In this document: positions 9,046 through 18,997 of the stretch, piece after piece | How positions within the stretch are numbered: the first letter of the stretch is position 1 | How the letters are laid out: each line of letters starts with the position of its first letter | Source of the DNA: an uncultured Bacilli bacterium | Lineage (GTDB): Bacteria > Bacillota_I > Bacilli_A > RF39 > UBA660 | NCBI GenBank assembly: GCA_944364015.1 | Contig: CALVVX010000002.1 | Span: 1-36,478 of the forward strand | Direction of reading: 5' to 3' | Length of the DNA: 36,478 nucleotides | Position numbers and translations under genes: made by a program | The notes under the pieces: model-generated | Told to the model about the DNA's origin: nothing | Databases searched by the model: none | Seen by the model: the letters and a program-made list of their open reading frames with translations, nothing else

Positions 9046-9618
9046 TTAACTAAAATTAGACAAAGTATAATTAACAATATAAGAAGAAATAGAACTATTA
9101 TATAATTTAGCTAAATTAGTATAATCTATTTTTAAAACCATTTTATCTTCTTGAATATCTTGCTCTAAAATATTAGATACAGCATTACCATTATAATTAA
9201 TACTAAATTTATATTTATTATCTTCATAAGTAGCACTATTAATATATGTTCTAATATTATCTAAAGAAAAATACATAGTATCAAGCAAATAAAATATATT
9301 ATCTACTTGATTATAATCTCTATCATAATATAAATTATTAATAATTACATAACTACCATCTTCATTAGTAATAGAACCACTATTATTGTTAAATTCACCC
9401 TTATAAGTATATATAGTAGAACCATTAACTAATATAGCTATATTATAATTATATTTAGAAATATTATAAAGATTATAAGAAATATCATCATCATTAGTTT
9501 TATTCTTATTAGACATAAAATCTAACATTTTTGCAAAAGTAAAAGCAAAAACAATAAATATAAAAAATATTAATAACTGAATTTTAGCCTTTTTTTTCTT
9601 TTTTTCTAACTTATCCAT
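9046..9618 (-). CDS. Hypothetical N-terminally membrane-anchored protein, translationally coupled to fmt
   Basis: 190 aa from the ATG. The track's extra first residue is a TTG one codon upstream. Lys-rich N-terminus, one TM (LLIFFIFIVFAFTFA), then an Asn/Tyr-rich beta-type extracytoplasmic domain. The fmt stop and this start form a TGATG overlap. Confidence 0.55.
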   Translation of the reverse strand: MDKLEKKKKKAKIQLLIFFIFIVFAFTFAKMLDFMSNKNKTNDDDISYNLYNISKYNYNIAILVNGSTIYTYKGEFNNNSGSITNEDGSYVIINNLYYDRDYNQVDNIFYLLDTMYFSLDNIRTYINSATYEDNKYKFSINYNGNAVSNILEQDIQEDKMVLKIDYTNLAKLYNSSISSYIVNYTLSNFS

Positions 9619-10544
9619 CAATCTAATTTCCTTCCCACTAATTCTTCTTTTTTTATTCCATTTATATAATCTTTAACTAAACATCTCTTCTTACCCTCTA
9701 GTTTAATATCTAATAGTTTAATTTTTACATCTTTACAATTAACAACAATACCATCTTTAGTAATATAACTAATAACACCAGCATCATCATCACTAATTTC
9801 ATCTAAAACTATAGCATTATAAACTTTTAATCTCTTATTATCTAAAATACAATAAGCACCAGGATTAGAACAAAGAGCTTTAATTAAATTAACTACATCT
9901 TTAGCATTATTATTAAAATTTATTTTTTCTTCTTCTTTTTTTATATTATAAGCATAAGTAACTAAATTCTCATCTTGTTTAATAGGATTAATCTTATTAC
10001 TAATAATTAAATTAAGAGTATCTAATAATAAATCTTTAGCCAAATTAGATAACTTAATAGATAAACTATCATAAGTATCATCTATTTTTATATCTATTTG
10101 TCTTTGAGTAATTATATCTCCTGCATCCATTTTCTTATCCATATACATAATAGTAATACCTGTTTTGTTAAACCCATTCATAATAGCTCTTTGAATTGGA
10201 GCACCTCCTCGTAATTTAGGAAGTAAAGAAGCATGAACGTTAATTGAACCATATTTAAAATGATTTAACAAAATACTTGGAACAAACTGACCATAAGCAC
10301 AAGTAATAATAATATCAGCATCAGTATTTAAAATTAAATTAATTGCATCACTAATTTTCTCTGGTTGAATAACATTAATATTATTATCTAGAGCAACTTG
10401 TTTAGTACAAGTAGCAACTAAATTACCTTTTCTATCTTTAATACGATCAGGTTGACTAACAACTAATACAACTTCATGAAACTTTAATAAAGCTTTTAAA
10501 ACATCAGCAGAAAATGCAGGAGTACCCATAAATATTATTTTCAT
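9618..10544 (-). CDS. fmt: Methionyl-tRNA formyltransferase
   Basis: 308 aa. MKIIFMGTPAFS N-terminus, SINVHASLLPKLRGGAPIQRAI formyltransferase motif, and a C-terminal Fmt domain. Confidence 0.93.
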   Translation of the reverse strand: MKIIFMGTPAFSADVLKALLKFHEVVLVVSQPDRIKDRKGNLVATCTKQVALDNNINVIQPEKISDAINLILNTDADIIITCAYGQFVPSILLNHFKYGSINVHASLLPKLRGGAPIQRAIMNGFNKTGITIMYMDKKMDAGDIITQRQIDIKIDDTYDSLSIKLSNLAKDLLLDTLNLIISNKINPIKQDENLVTYAYNIKKEEEKINFNNNAKDVVNLIKALCSNPGAYCILDNKRLKVYNAIVLDEISDDDAGVISYITKDGIVVNCKDVKIKLLDIKLEGKKRCLVKDYINGIKKEELVGRKLD

Positions 10545-12187
10545 TACACTTCTCCAATAACAGTAATAATCATTGGTTTATTACCTGTTTGATTACTTAA
10601 AAATCTACCTAATTCATCTCTAATAGCAAGTTTAATTTTATTGTATTCAACAAAATTATCATGAATATTATTAATAATAATTTTATTACAAATATCTTTA
10701 ATCTCTTTTAGTAACTCGCCACTATCTTTTACATAAATAAAGCCTCTTGTTAATATCTCAACTCCTGCGATAATCTTTTTAGTTTTTTTACTCAAAGTAG
10801 CAGAAATAATCATAATTCCATTATCAGATAACAATTCTCTATCTTTTAAAACAACCTCTCCAATATCATCAGAAGAATCTCCATCAATTAAAATAGAACC
10901 ACTAGGTATTTTTTTAAATTCATCTACTAATTTACCATCTTTAAAAGTTACCACTTCTCCATTTTGTTTTAAAATAATATTATCTTTCTCAATACCAACC
11001 TTATAAGCTAAATCAGCATTAGCTACTTGACAACGATATTCCCCTTTAACAGGAAAATAATATTTAGGATGCATAAGATCAATCATCATCATTAAATCCT
11101 CACTACTAGCATGATGAGACAAATACTTCTTTGGAGACAATGTAACAATATTGGCATCTAATTTAGAAATAGAATCTAAAACTTGATAAAAAGTCTTCTC
11201 TCTTCCCTCATAAATAGGAGTAGCCAAAAAAACAGTATCGGTAGGTTTAATTTGAACAAATTTATCATAACCATTTAAAATCTTAATAATATTAGAATAA
11301 GGTTTTTTTCTACCATCAGAAATCAAAATAACAGAAGAATCATCATTAATATTAGATAAATCTCCAATAACATTTTTATCTACAGTTAAATAATGATTAT
11401 TAATAGCATCATTAATTAAATTTTGAAGCATTTTACCCATAATAACAACTTTCCTATTAGTCTTACTAACTTCATTAAATAACTCTTGAATACGATAAAT
11501 ATGAGAATTTAAAATACTAAAAATAACTCTATTACTATCATTTAAAGTCTCTCTAATTAAATTACTAGTCCTATGATTAGGAGCAGTATGTCCTACTTTA
11601 TCTGCATAAATAGATTCGGTAAGTAAACATAAAACACCTTGTTTTCCAATATAAGCAAGTTTTCCTAAATCAGTCTTATAAGCACCACGCATAAGAGAAT
11701 CAAATACAAAATCAGATGCATAAAATATAACTCCATCTTTAGTATATAATGCATAAGCTAAATTATCAGGAATAGAATGAGATAAATTAACAGGAAAAAT
11801 CTTTAAATCCCCAAAGGAAATAGCTTTATTAGCCTTAATCTCAATTAAATTATTATAAACAATATTATAAACTTCAAATTCTTTTCTAACTACACTTAAA
11901 GTAAATTTAGCACCATATACATTAACCCCATACAAATCTTTAATAATATCAGATAAAGCCCCAATATTCTCATCATGACCATGTGTTAAAAAGATACCTT
12001 TAATTCTTTTTTTATTTTTCTTTAAATATTCAATATTAGGAATAATGTAATCAATACCCAAAGTATATTCATCAGCATATTTAAGTCCCGCTTCAAAAAC
12101 AAAAATATCTTTATCTACTTCAATAACATACATATTCTTCCCATTTTCATTCAAGCCCCCAAGGGCAATAATATATATCTTACTCAA
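10544..12187 (-). CDS. rnj: Ribonuclease J family protein (J2-like, Zn-site variant)
   Basis: Collinear with B. subtilis RNase J1 over the whole length: ALGGLNENGKN, GIDYIIPN, IKGIFLTHGHDENIGA, SHSIPD, SDFVFD, PVKGEYR. The start is reassigned to TTG at 12185-12187, behind AGGGGGAG. The track's 25-codon 5' extension runs into the upstream terminator. The stop overlaps the fmt ATG (TAATG). Confidence 0.88.
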   Translation of the reverse strand: MSKIYIIALGGLNENGKNMYVIEVDKDIFVFEAGLKYADEYTLGIDYIIPNIEYLKKNKKRIKGIFLTHGHDENIGALSDIIKDLYGVNVYGAKFTLSVVRKEFEVYNIVYNNLIEIKANKAISFGDLKIFPVNLSHSIPDNLAYALYTKDGVIFYASDFVFDSLMRGAYKTDLGKLAYIGKQGVLCLLTESIYADKVGHTAPNHRTSNLIRETLNDSNRVIFSILNSHIYRIQELFNEVSKTNRKVVIMGKMLQNLINDAINNHYLTVDKNVIGDLSNINDDSSVILISDGRKKPYSNIIKILNGYDKFVQIKPTDTVFLATPIYEGREKTFYQVLDSISKLDANIVTLSPKKYLSHHASSEDLMMMIDLMHPKYYFPVKGEYRCQVANADLAYKVGIEKDNIILKQNGEVVTFKDGKLVDEFKKIPSGSILIDGDSSDDIGEVVLKDRELLSDNGIMIISATLSKKTKKIIAGVEILTRGFIYVKDSGELLKEIKDICNKIIINNIHDNFVEYNKIKLAIRDELGRFLSNQTGNKPMIITVIGEV

Positions 12188-12230
12188 ATTTTCTCCCCCT
12201 TTTATTGTTTTAATAAACTTTAATAAAAAT

Positions 12231-12269
12231 AAAAAAAAAAAAAGATAATTACAAGTAAGCAATTATCTT
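12231..12269 (-). terminator. Strong rho-independent terminator between secDF and rnj
   Basis: On the minus strand: AAGATAATT (9 bp) - 10-nt loop - AATTATCTT, followed by a T13 run (plus-strand A13 at 12231-12243). The stem overlaps the secDF TAA stop. Confidence 0.8.
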
Positions 12270-14595
12270 AACAATTAATTCCTTTAATTTGCAATTCATC
12301 AACTTCATCAATATTCTTCTTAGGCTTAATAGGTTTAGCTAACTTTTTAGTCTCTAAATATAACCATAATTGATTAGAAATAAATACAGAAGAATATAAA
12401 CCTGCAATAAAGCCGACGAATAAAGCAATATTAAAATTAATAATCTCATGAGCGCCAAATATCATCAAACAAACAACAGGAACAATAGTAGTAACAGTAG
12501 TTAATATACTTCTTGTTAAAGTTTGACGAATACTATTATTAACAATTTCTCTTAAAATTTCCGGACTAACTTTCTTACCATTATATTTATTATAATTATT
12601 TCTAATCATATCAAATGTAACAATAGTAGCATTAATAGAATAACCAATAATAGTCAAAATAGCGGCAATTAAAATAGAAGTAACTTCTAAATTAGTAATA
12701 CCAAAGAAGAATATAACAATTGCAACATCATGCATTAAAGCCACTAAACTAGAAATAGCATAATTAAACTTAAACCTAATACTAACATAAATTGCAATAC
12801 CAATTGCTGCTAATATAAGAGAATAAATAGCATTTTTAGTAAGCTCTTTTTTAACAACTTCACTAACTACAAAAATATCTGAATCAAGATTATATTCATC
12901 CTTCAAATAATTAGTCATCTCATCAATCTTATCATTTTCAATAACCTCATCAATAATTAAAGTATAATTACTATCAGTTCTAGATTCATTTTTAATAGTA
13001 TAAGAACTATCTATATCATCTTTTAGTTTATCAATATCAGTATTACTATTAGTATTAACAGTAATATTAGTACCCCCAGTAAAATCTACTCCAAGATTAA
13101 AACCAGTAAAAATAGTTATAGCTAAACCTAATACTAATATAACACAAGCAAAACCAATAAATTTATGTCTACTTTTATAAAAATCAATTTTCTTAAATGG
13201 AATAGCTTCTTTCTCATCTTTAACAATTTTCTTTTTATTAAAACCAATGAAAAACTTAAGCTTATTATCAAAGAATTTTGTATTTACAAATAGCTTTAAT
13301 ATAAATCTTGAGAAAAATACCATAATCAAAATAGTAACAATTATATTAATAATTAACATAGTAGCAAATCCTTTAACAGAACTTTGACCAAATATAAACA
13401 ATATAATTGCCGCAATTACAGTAGTTAAATTAGCATCAATAATACTAGAAAAAGATTGCTTATTACCCTCAACATAAGATTCTTCTAAACTCTTTCCTAT
13501 TTTTAATCTTTCTTTAATTCTCTCAAAACTAATAACATTAGCATCAACTGCCATACCAATACCAAGTAACATTGCCGCAATACCTGGTAAAGTTAAAACA
13601 CCACCAATTAAATAGAAAATTAAGAAAGATAAAATAGTATAAATAAGTATATTAACACTAGCAACAAAACCTGCAAATCGATATACACCAATCATTATTG
13701 CCATAACAAGTAAAATACCAATAATACCTGCAGTAACTGTCATATTAAGTGAATTAGTACCATAAGTAGCCTCTGTAGTACGAGATGATAGTTCAACTAA
13801 TTTAGTAGGAAGTGCTCCTGAATTAATTAATTCTACTAAACTACTAGCCTCTTTTTCATCAAAATTTCCTTGAATAATAACATCACTAGCAAAAGCCTCA
13901 TTAACACTAGCAGCGGACAAACATTTTGAATTATTTAAAGAACCACAATTATCTTTTTCTTTTAAATAACTATCAGTATTAGGATCATAATCAAGCCAAA
14001 TAACAATAATATTATCACTCATATCTTTTACTTTATTAGTAACATCATAAAAAGTATCTTTATCTTTAATAGATAAACTAACCGCAGGCTTTCCATACTG
14101 ATCAGTAGTAACTTTAGCATTACCTCCTAAAACAGAACTAGTCATAAGTAAATTATCATGTGCATCACGAAAAGATAAAACTGCAGTAGAAGAAATAGTC
14201 TCTCTAGCCTCTTCTACATTAGTAACTCCTGCTAATCTTATTCTAATATGATTATCTGATTCAATAGTAATCTCTGGTTCACTAACACCTAAGATATCAA
14301 TTCTTTTTAAAATTGCCTTATAAGTATTATAAACCATATCACTATTAATCTCTTGATTTTCTTCAATTGGATTAACTTCATATAAAACCTCAAATCCACC
14401 TTGTAAATCAAGACCATAATTCAAATTAGTAAATAATGGCTTAATAACATAAATACATAAAAATATCGTAATAAAACATGCTACTAAACCAGAAATAAAT
14501 CTAATTTTTTTACTCTTTAATTTAACCAATAAAACAATAAAAAATATAACTAATAAAAGCATAACAACTAAAAACAATTTATCCATCAATCTCAC
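12268..14595 (-). CDS. secDF: Protein translocase subunit SecDF (fused)
   Basis: 775 aa. N-terminal SecD half (LGLDLQGGFEVLYEV, periplasmic P1-type domain, 6 TM) followed by a SecF half (GVDFTGGTNITV, second 6-TM block). Sits downstream of a comN-like gene, as in B. subtilis. Confidence 0.92.
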   Translation of the reverse strand: MRLMDKLFLVVMLLLVIFFIVLLVKLKSKKIRFISGLVACFITIFLCIYVIKPLFTNLNYGLDLQGGFEVLYEVNPIEENQEINSDMVYNTYKAILKRIDILGVSEPEITIESDNHIRIRLAGVTNVEEARETISSTAVLSFRDAHDNLLMTSSVLGGNAKVTTDQYGKPAVSLSIKDKDTFYDVTNKVKDMSDNIIVIWLDYDPNTDSYLKEKDNCGSLNNSKCLSAASVNEAFASDVIIQGNFDEKEASSLVELINSGALPTKLVELSSRTTEATYGTNSLNMTVTAGIIGILLVMAIMIGVYRFAGFVASVNILIYTILSFLIFYLIGGVLTLPGIAAMLLGIGMAVDANVISFERIKERLKIGKSLEESYVEGNKQSFSSIIDANLTTVIAAIILFIFGQSSVKGFATMLIINIIVTILIMVFFSRFILKLFVNTKFFDNKLKFFIGFNKKKIVKDEKEAIPFKKIDFYKSRHKFIGFACVILVLGLAITIFTGFNLGVDFTGGTNITVNTNSNTDIDKLKDDIDSSYTIKNESRTDSNYTLIIDEVIENDKIDEMTNYLKDEYNLDSDIFVVSEVVKKELTKNAIYSLILAAIGIAIYVSIRFKFNYAISSLVALMHDVAIVIFFFGITNLEVTSILIAAILTIIGYSINATIVTFDMIRNNYNKYNGKKVSPEILREIVNNSIRQTLTRSILTTVTTIVPVVCLMIFGAHEIINFNIALFVGFIAGLYSSVFISNQLWLYLETKKLAKPIKPKKNIDEVDELQIKGINC

Positions 14596-14836
14596 CTACA
14601 CTTCTTTTATTTTTTAAATATCTATCTATTTTAACTCCATCAACATTAATAATATTACTAACCATATCTGCAATAGTTAAATTAACACTACTAACCCATA
14701 CATTATCTTTTAAATAATTCCAAATATCAATAGAAGTCAAATAACTATACTCACTATTTTTAAACATTCTAATTTTAACATTAAAAGCAGGTTTTAAAGC
14801 CTCATATAATTCTTTCAAACTTCTATATTCTTCCAT
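14579..14836 (-). CDS. comN: Post-transcriptional regulator ComN-like small protein
   Basis: 85 aa. SIDIWNYLKDNVW ... MVSNII pattern. Its position immediately upstream of and overlapping secDF (17 nt), divergent from spoVB, mirrors the B. subtilis comN(yrzD)-secDF / spoVB arrangement. Confidence 0.55.
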   Translation of the reverse strand: MEEYRSLKELYEALKPAFNVKIRMFKNSEYSYLTSIDIWNYLKDNVWVSSVNLTIADMVSNIINVDGVKIDRYLKNKRSVGEIDG

Positions 14837-14938
14837 CTCATCACCTCAAATTCAAAAGCTATATTAATTATATAACTTCTTTTAAATTAAGACAATACTT
14901 ATTTAGAAAATAAAACATATAAATTATTAGGTGATAAG

Positions 14939-16252
14939 ATGAAAAGTAATTTCATAAAATCAACAATAATATTAATAATTGGAGGCTTTATCACTAAAAT
15001 ATTATCAATGATAATAAAAATAGCACAAACTAGAGTACTAACTAGCAGTGCTATTGGACTATATATGTTAATACTACCAACATTTAACTTATTCATCACT
15101 TTATCTACTTTAGGATTGCCTACTGCAATTTCAAAATTAGTAAGTGAAAAAAGAAAAAGTTCTAAAAAAATAGTATTATCTATAATCCCAATAATAATTA
15201 TATTTAATATACTATTAATGCTAATTCTAATCTCACTAGCGCCTCTTATATCTAAATATTTACTAAATAATAATGATACTTACTACCCTATTATATCAAT
15301 TGGTCTAACACTACCATTTATTTGCCTATCAAGTATAATAAGAGGATATTTCTTTGGTAAAGAGAAAATGTTTCCACATATATTATCAAATATAGTAGAA
15401 CAAATAATAAGATTAATATTAACAATATATTTTATTCCAAACTTACTACACTATGGCATAATAAATGCAATATGTGGATTAGTCTTAATAAATATAGCAA
15501 GTGAACTAACATCAATAATAACACTTATATTATTTATACCAAAAAATAAGCAAATAAAAAAAGAAGACTTTAAATGCGACAAAGAAATATTAAAAGATAT
15601 TCTAAATATAAGTATACCAACTACTTCATCAAGATTAATTGGATCAATATCATACTTTCTAGAACCAATAATACTAACATATACATTACTAAAAGTAGGA
15701 TATGATACTAACTATATAACAGTAGAATATGGCATAATAAACGCTTATGTATATCCATTATTACTACTACCTTCATTCTTCTCATTAGCAATATCAAACG
15801 CATTATTACCTGTAATATCAAATGCTTATGTAAACAAGCAATATAACTATATAAAAAATAAAATAAAACAAGCAATAAAATTCTCCTTACTAATAGGAAT
15901 ACCATTTACTCTAATATTTATAATAATACCTCAAATACCTCTAAAAATAATATATAATACAACCTCTGGTATTAATTACATAAAAGTAATCGCACCATTT
16001 TTTCTTCTTCACTATATACAAGCGCCCCTAACAGTAGTATTACAAGCAATAAATAAAGCAAAATGCGCAATGCAAGCTACTTTATATGCTAGTATAATTA
16101 GATTAGCAACATTATTTATAATAAGCCTATTTAAAGTAGGACTATGGAGCCTAGTAATAGCATCAATAATAAACATTGTATTTGTAACAATACATCATAT
16201 ATACTATACAAAAAAGTATTTAAAAAAACCGTTTATAATAAACAGCTTTTAA
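14939..16252 (+). CDS. spoVB: SpoVB/MurJ-type MOP-superfamily flippase (stage V sporulation protein B-like)
   Basis: 437 aa, polytopic. The N-terminal 170 aa align with B. subtilis SpoVB (GLYMLILPTF..LSTLGLPTAISKLVSE; SSIIRGYFFGKEKMFPHILSNIVEQIIRL). RBS AGGTGA. It is about 80 aa shorter than B. subtilis SpoVB. Confidence 0.8.
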   Translation: MKSNFIKSTIILIIGGFITKILSMIIKIAQTRVLTSSAIGLYMLILPTFNLFITLSTLGLPTAISKLVSEKRKSSKKIVLSIIPIIIIFNILLMLILISLAPLISKYLLNNNDTYYPIISIGLTLPFICLSSIIRGYFFGKEKMFPHILSNIVEQIIRLILTIYFIPNLLHYGIINAICGLVLINIASELTSIITLILFIPKNKQIKKEDFKCDKEILKDILNISIPTTSSRLIGSISYFLEPIILTYTLLKVGYDTNYITVEYGIINAYVYPLLLLPSFFSLAISNALLPVISNAYVNKQYNYIKNKIKQAIKFSLLIGIPFTLIFIIIPQIPLKIIYNTTSGINYIKVIAPFFLLHYIQAPLTVVLQAINKAKCAMQATLYASIIRLATLFIISLFKVGLWSLVIASIINIVFVTIHHIYYTKKYLKKPFIINSF

Positions 16253-16473
16253 ATATCGTAATCATTATCATCCATGAACAATTGATAAACTTTAACATCT
16301 AAAGCATTAGCAATTTCTTCTAGTTTCTTTATAGAAGGATAACTCTCAGCATTTTCCCAACTAGAAATATGACTAACACTTACATTTAAAATTTCTGCTA
16401 ATTGTTCTTGAGTATAATTTTTTTTGTTACGATAATTTTTAATATTTTTTCCTAATAATAACTTATCTTCCAT
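16249..16473 (-). CDS. Stand-alone XRE-family HTH transcriptional regulator
   Basis: 74 aa. NYTQEQLAEILNVSVSHISSWENAESYPSIKKLEEIANAL is a textbook HTH_3 domain. It overlaps the uvrC 3' end by 11 nt and the convergent spoVB 3' end by 4 nt. Confidence 0.85.
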   Translation of the reverse strand: MEDKLLLGKNIKNYRNKKNYTQEQLAEILNVSVSHISSWENAESYPSIKKLEEIANALDVKVYQLFMDDNDYDI

Positions 16474-18253
16474 CTATACCATTCTTTCTATCATATTCTT
16501 CTAAAAATTTATGTAAATTATTTGCTACATCTAAAGGTAGAATATCACATAAATTTTCTATTGTTGCTTCTTTCATTTTAGATATAGTTTTATATCTTTT
16601 AAGCAACTGTTTTTTTCTTTTCTCACCTATTCCCCTGATATTATCCAAAATACTGGAAATAGCCCCCTTACTTCTTATTTGTTTATGATAAGAAATAGTA
16701 TAATTATGTACTTCATCTTGCATTCTACTAAGAAGTAAAAACAAATCACTATTCTTATCAACATTCAATGTTTGAATTGGATCTAATCCAATCAAAGTAG
16801 CAGTGTTGTGTTTATCATCTTTTTTCAACCCTGCCGAGGCAATATTTAAGTTTAAACTCTTAAGAACTTCTCTAGCCACATTTAACTGTCCACTCCCTCC
16901 ATCAACAATAATTAAATCTGGCTTTTCTAATCCCTCTTTTAAAACTCTAAAATACCTGCGATAAATAACTTCTCTCATCGTAGAGTAATCATCATTAACA
17001 TCACTAGTAATCTTAAACTTTCGATATTCATTTTTACTTGCTAAACCATTAATAAAGACAACCATTCCTGAAACATTAAAACTACCAAATAAATTTGAAT
17101 TATCAAAAAGCTCAATTCTATCTACACAATTAATATGTAGTAAACTAGCAAGTTGTTCCAAAGCCTTCTCCCTTCTTTGATCATTTTGTTTTACCAAACT
17201 CATCTGCTCATTAAAATAAATCAAAGCATTATCATAAGCAAGTTCTAATAATCTTTTCTTCTTACCTCTTGAGGGAGTAATAAATTTAATATCAAAAGCT
17301 TTTTCTAAAAGATTATTATCAAAACCATCAGCCAACAACACTTCTTTAGGTTTAATCTTAAACCTATCATAATAAGCAGAAATATAAGAAAGCAATTCTT
17401 CATTCACATCATCACAAACAGCAAATATATCTTTCTTTGTACCAAGTAACTTACCACCGCGAATAAATAATATAACTAAAGACAAATAATTATTATCAGT
17501 ATAATAACCAATTACATCCCTATTAATATTATCATCAAGTTCGACTTTTTGCTTTTCTAAAGTAATATTAATATAATCTAACATTTCTTTATACTCTAAA
17601 GCTTTCTCATATAGTAACTTATTAGAATAAAATTCCATCTTCTTCTTAATCTTTTGTGTAACAATATCATGATTACCATTTAAAAAAGTAATAATCTCAT
17701 TTTTAATATTATCAATAATATTTTGATCAATATCAAAAATACAATAACCTAAACACTCTTTTATATGATAATATAAACACTCTTTCTTAGGCATATTCTT
17801 ACACTTTCTAAGAGGATAAATCCTATTCAAAAGTTCTACAGTCTCCCTTGCCGCTTTAACATTTGGATAAGGTCCAAATAATTTATGAGATTTATTCTTC
17901 TTAACATTAGGATTTCTAATAATAGTCAAACGAGGAATTTTCTCATTAGTAAGTTCAATATAAGGATAAGACTTATCATCGCGAAGCAAAATATTATATT
18001 TAGGATTATATTTCTTAATTAAATTAATCTCTAATAATAAAGATTCTAATTCCGATGAAGTTAAAATATATTCAAAATCATAAATATCTCTAACTAACAT
18101 CGCCGTCTTTCCTGTATGTTGTTGTTTAAAATAAGAACTTAGACGATTTTTTAAATTTTTGCTTTTTCCTACATAAATAATATTACCATCAACATTCTTC
18201 ATTAAATAACAACCGGGATGATGAGGAACCAAAGAAAGTTTCTTATCAATCAC
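16463..18253 (-). CDS. uvrC: Excinuclease ABC subunit C
   Basis: 596 aa. GIY-YIG N-terminus (PGCYLMKN..IIYVGKSKNLKNRLSSY), UVR domain, the endonuclease V-like region, and a C-terminal (HhH)2 (IRGIGEKRKKQLLKRY). GTG start behind AGAGGTGG. Confidence 0.94.
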   Translation of the reverse strand: MIDKKLSLVPHHPGCYLMKNVDGNIIYVGKSKNLKNRLSSYFKQQHTGKTAMLVRDIYDFEYILTSSELESLLLEINLIKKYNPKYNILLRDDKSYPYIELTNEKIPRLTIIRNPNVKKNKSHKLFGPYPNVKAARETVELLNRIYPLRKCKNMPKKECLYYHIKECLGYCIFDIDQNIIDNIKNEIITFLNGNHDIVTQKIKKKMEFYSNKLLYEKALEYKEMLDYINITLEKQKVELDDNINRDVIGYYTDNNYLSLVILFIRGGKLLGTKKDIFAVCDDVNEELLSYISAYYDRFKIKPKEVLLADGFDNNLLEKAFDIKFITPSRGKKKRLLELAYDNALIYFNEQMSLVKQNDQRREKALEQLASLLHINCVDRIELFDNSNLFGSFNVSGMVVFINGLASKNEYRKFKITSDVNDDYSTMREVIYRRYFRVLKEGLEKPDLIIVDGGSGQLNVAREVLKSLNLNIASAGLKKDDKHNTATLIGLDPIQTLNVDKNSDLFLLLSRMQDEVHNYTISYHKQIRSKGAISSILDNIRGIGEKRKKQLLKRYKTISKMKEATIENLCDILPLDVANNLHKFLEEYDRKNGIDGR

Positions 18254-18416
18254 TATTATACCACCTCTTACGAAAAAATCAAATATTTATCTTCATTATT
18301 AAAAATTTTTTTTGCCTCCAAAAATATTATATATTATATTTACTCATTAGTAAACAAAAATTAATAAGATAATGACTTTTAACACTAAATTTGATACAAT
18401 AACAGTGGTGATTGAC

Positions 18417-18992
18417 ATGTTTTCGATAAAAAATGACACTGAAAATACAATAATTATTAAAAATTCTAAATTTATTTGTATTTTATATAAAGTATATGAA
18501 ATAGAAAAAATAGACAAATATTTAACTCAAACAAAAGAAAAATATAAAAATGCTACTCATTATTGCTATGCATATATAATTAATAACCAATATAAATATA
18601 GTGATGATCAAGAACCAAGTTCTACTGCAGGACCTCCTATTTATGAAACATTAAAAAATAAAAATTTAAACAATATCTTATGTGTAGTAGTAAGATACTA
18701 TGGAGGTATAAAACTAGGAGCATCTGGTCTAATTAGAGCTTATTCTAAAAGTACTAAAGAAGCAATAAATAAAGCTACATTAGTAAAACTAATAAAAGCA
18801 AAAAATGTAAATATAACATTTGATTATAAAAATATAAAATTAATAAATAATATATTAAAAGAAAGTGAAATATTAAAAAAAGAATATAATCAAAATATAA
18901 CATATAATGTAAATATAGAAAATGAATTAATAAACAAACTAAATAATATAAGTAAAATTACTATTAATAACGATATATATATCGAAAAATAG
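18417..18992 (+). CDS. yigZ: IMPACT/YigZ (UPF0029) family protein
   Basis: KNSKFICILYKV, ATHYCYAYI, DDQEPSSTAGPPI and VVVRYYGGIKLGASGLIRAYS are YigZ-family signatures. The start is chosen at the internal ATG behind GGTGA. The track ORF starts 45 nt earlier, at 18372. Confidence 0.85.
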   Translation: MFSIKNDTENTIIIKNSKFICILYKVYEIEKIDKYLTQTKEKYKNATHYCYAYIINNQYKYSDDQEPSSTAGPPIYETLKNKNLNNILCVVVRYYGGIKLGASGLIRAYSKSTKEAINKATLVKLIKAKNVNITFDYKNIKLINNILKESEILKKEYNQNITYNVNIENELINKLNNISKITINNDIYIEK

Positions 18993-18997
18993 TAATT

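Noticed and set aside
12188-12262. 25-codon 5' extension of the RNase J ORF (MLTCNYLFFFLFLLKFIKTIKGGEN...)
   Set aside because: The extension is translated from the terminator's T13 run and the AGGGGGAG ribosome-binding site. Homology to RNase J starts exactly at the TTG (LSKIYIIALGG). It is therefore an artefact of taking the longest ORF.
14899-15099. 66-aa minus-strand ORF across the spoVB start
   Set aside because: It overlaps the spoVB RBS and N-terminus in antisense. The hydrophobic translation mirrors the spoVB TM1 codons. There is no RBS, and the comN start at 14836 already accounts for the minus-strand unit.
15708-15905. 65-aa minus-strand ORF inside spoVB
   Set aside because: Antisense shadow ORF within a conserved membrane-protein gene. 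No RBS.
18262-18276. Shared motif CT-C-[CT]-TACGAAAAAAT at 18262-18276 and 23515-23530
   Set aside because: It is only about 14 nt with a mismatch. One copy is simply the uvrC RBS region and the other is the SD-like element next to the clpB terminator. That is too short to call a repeat family.
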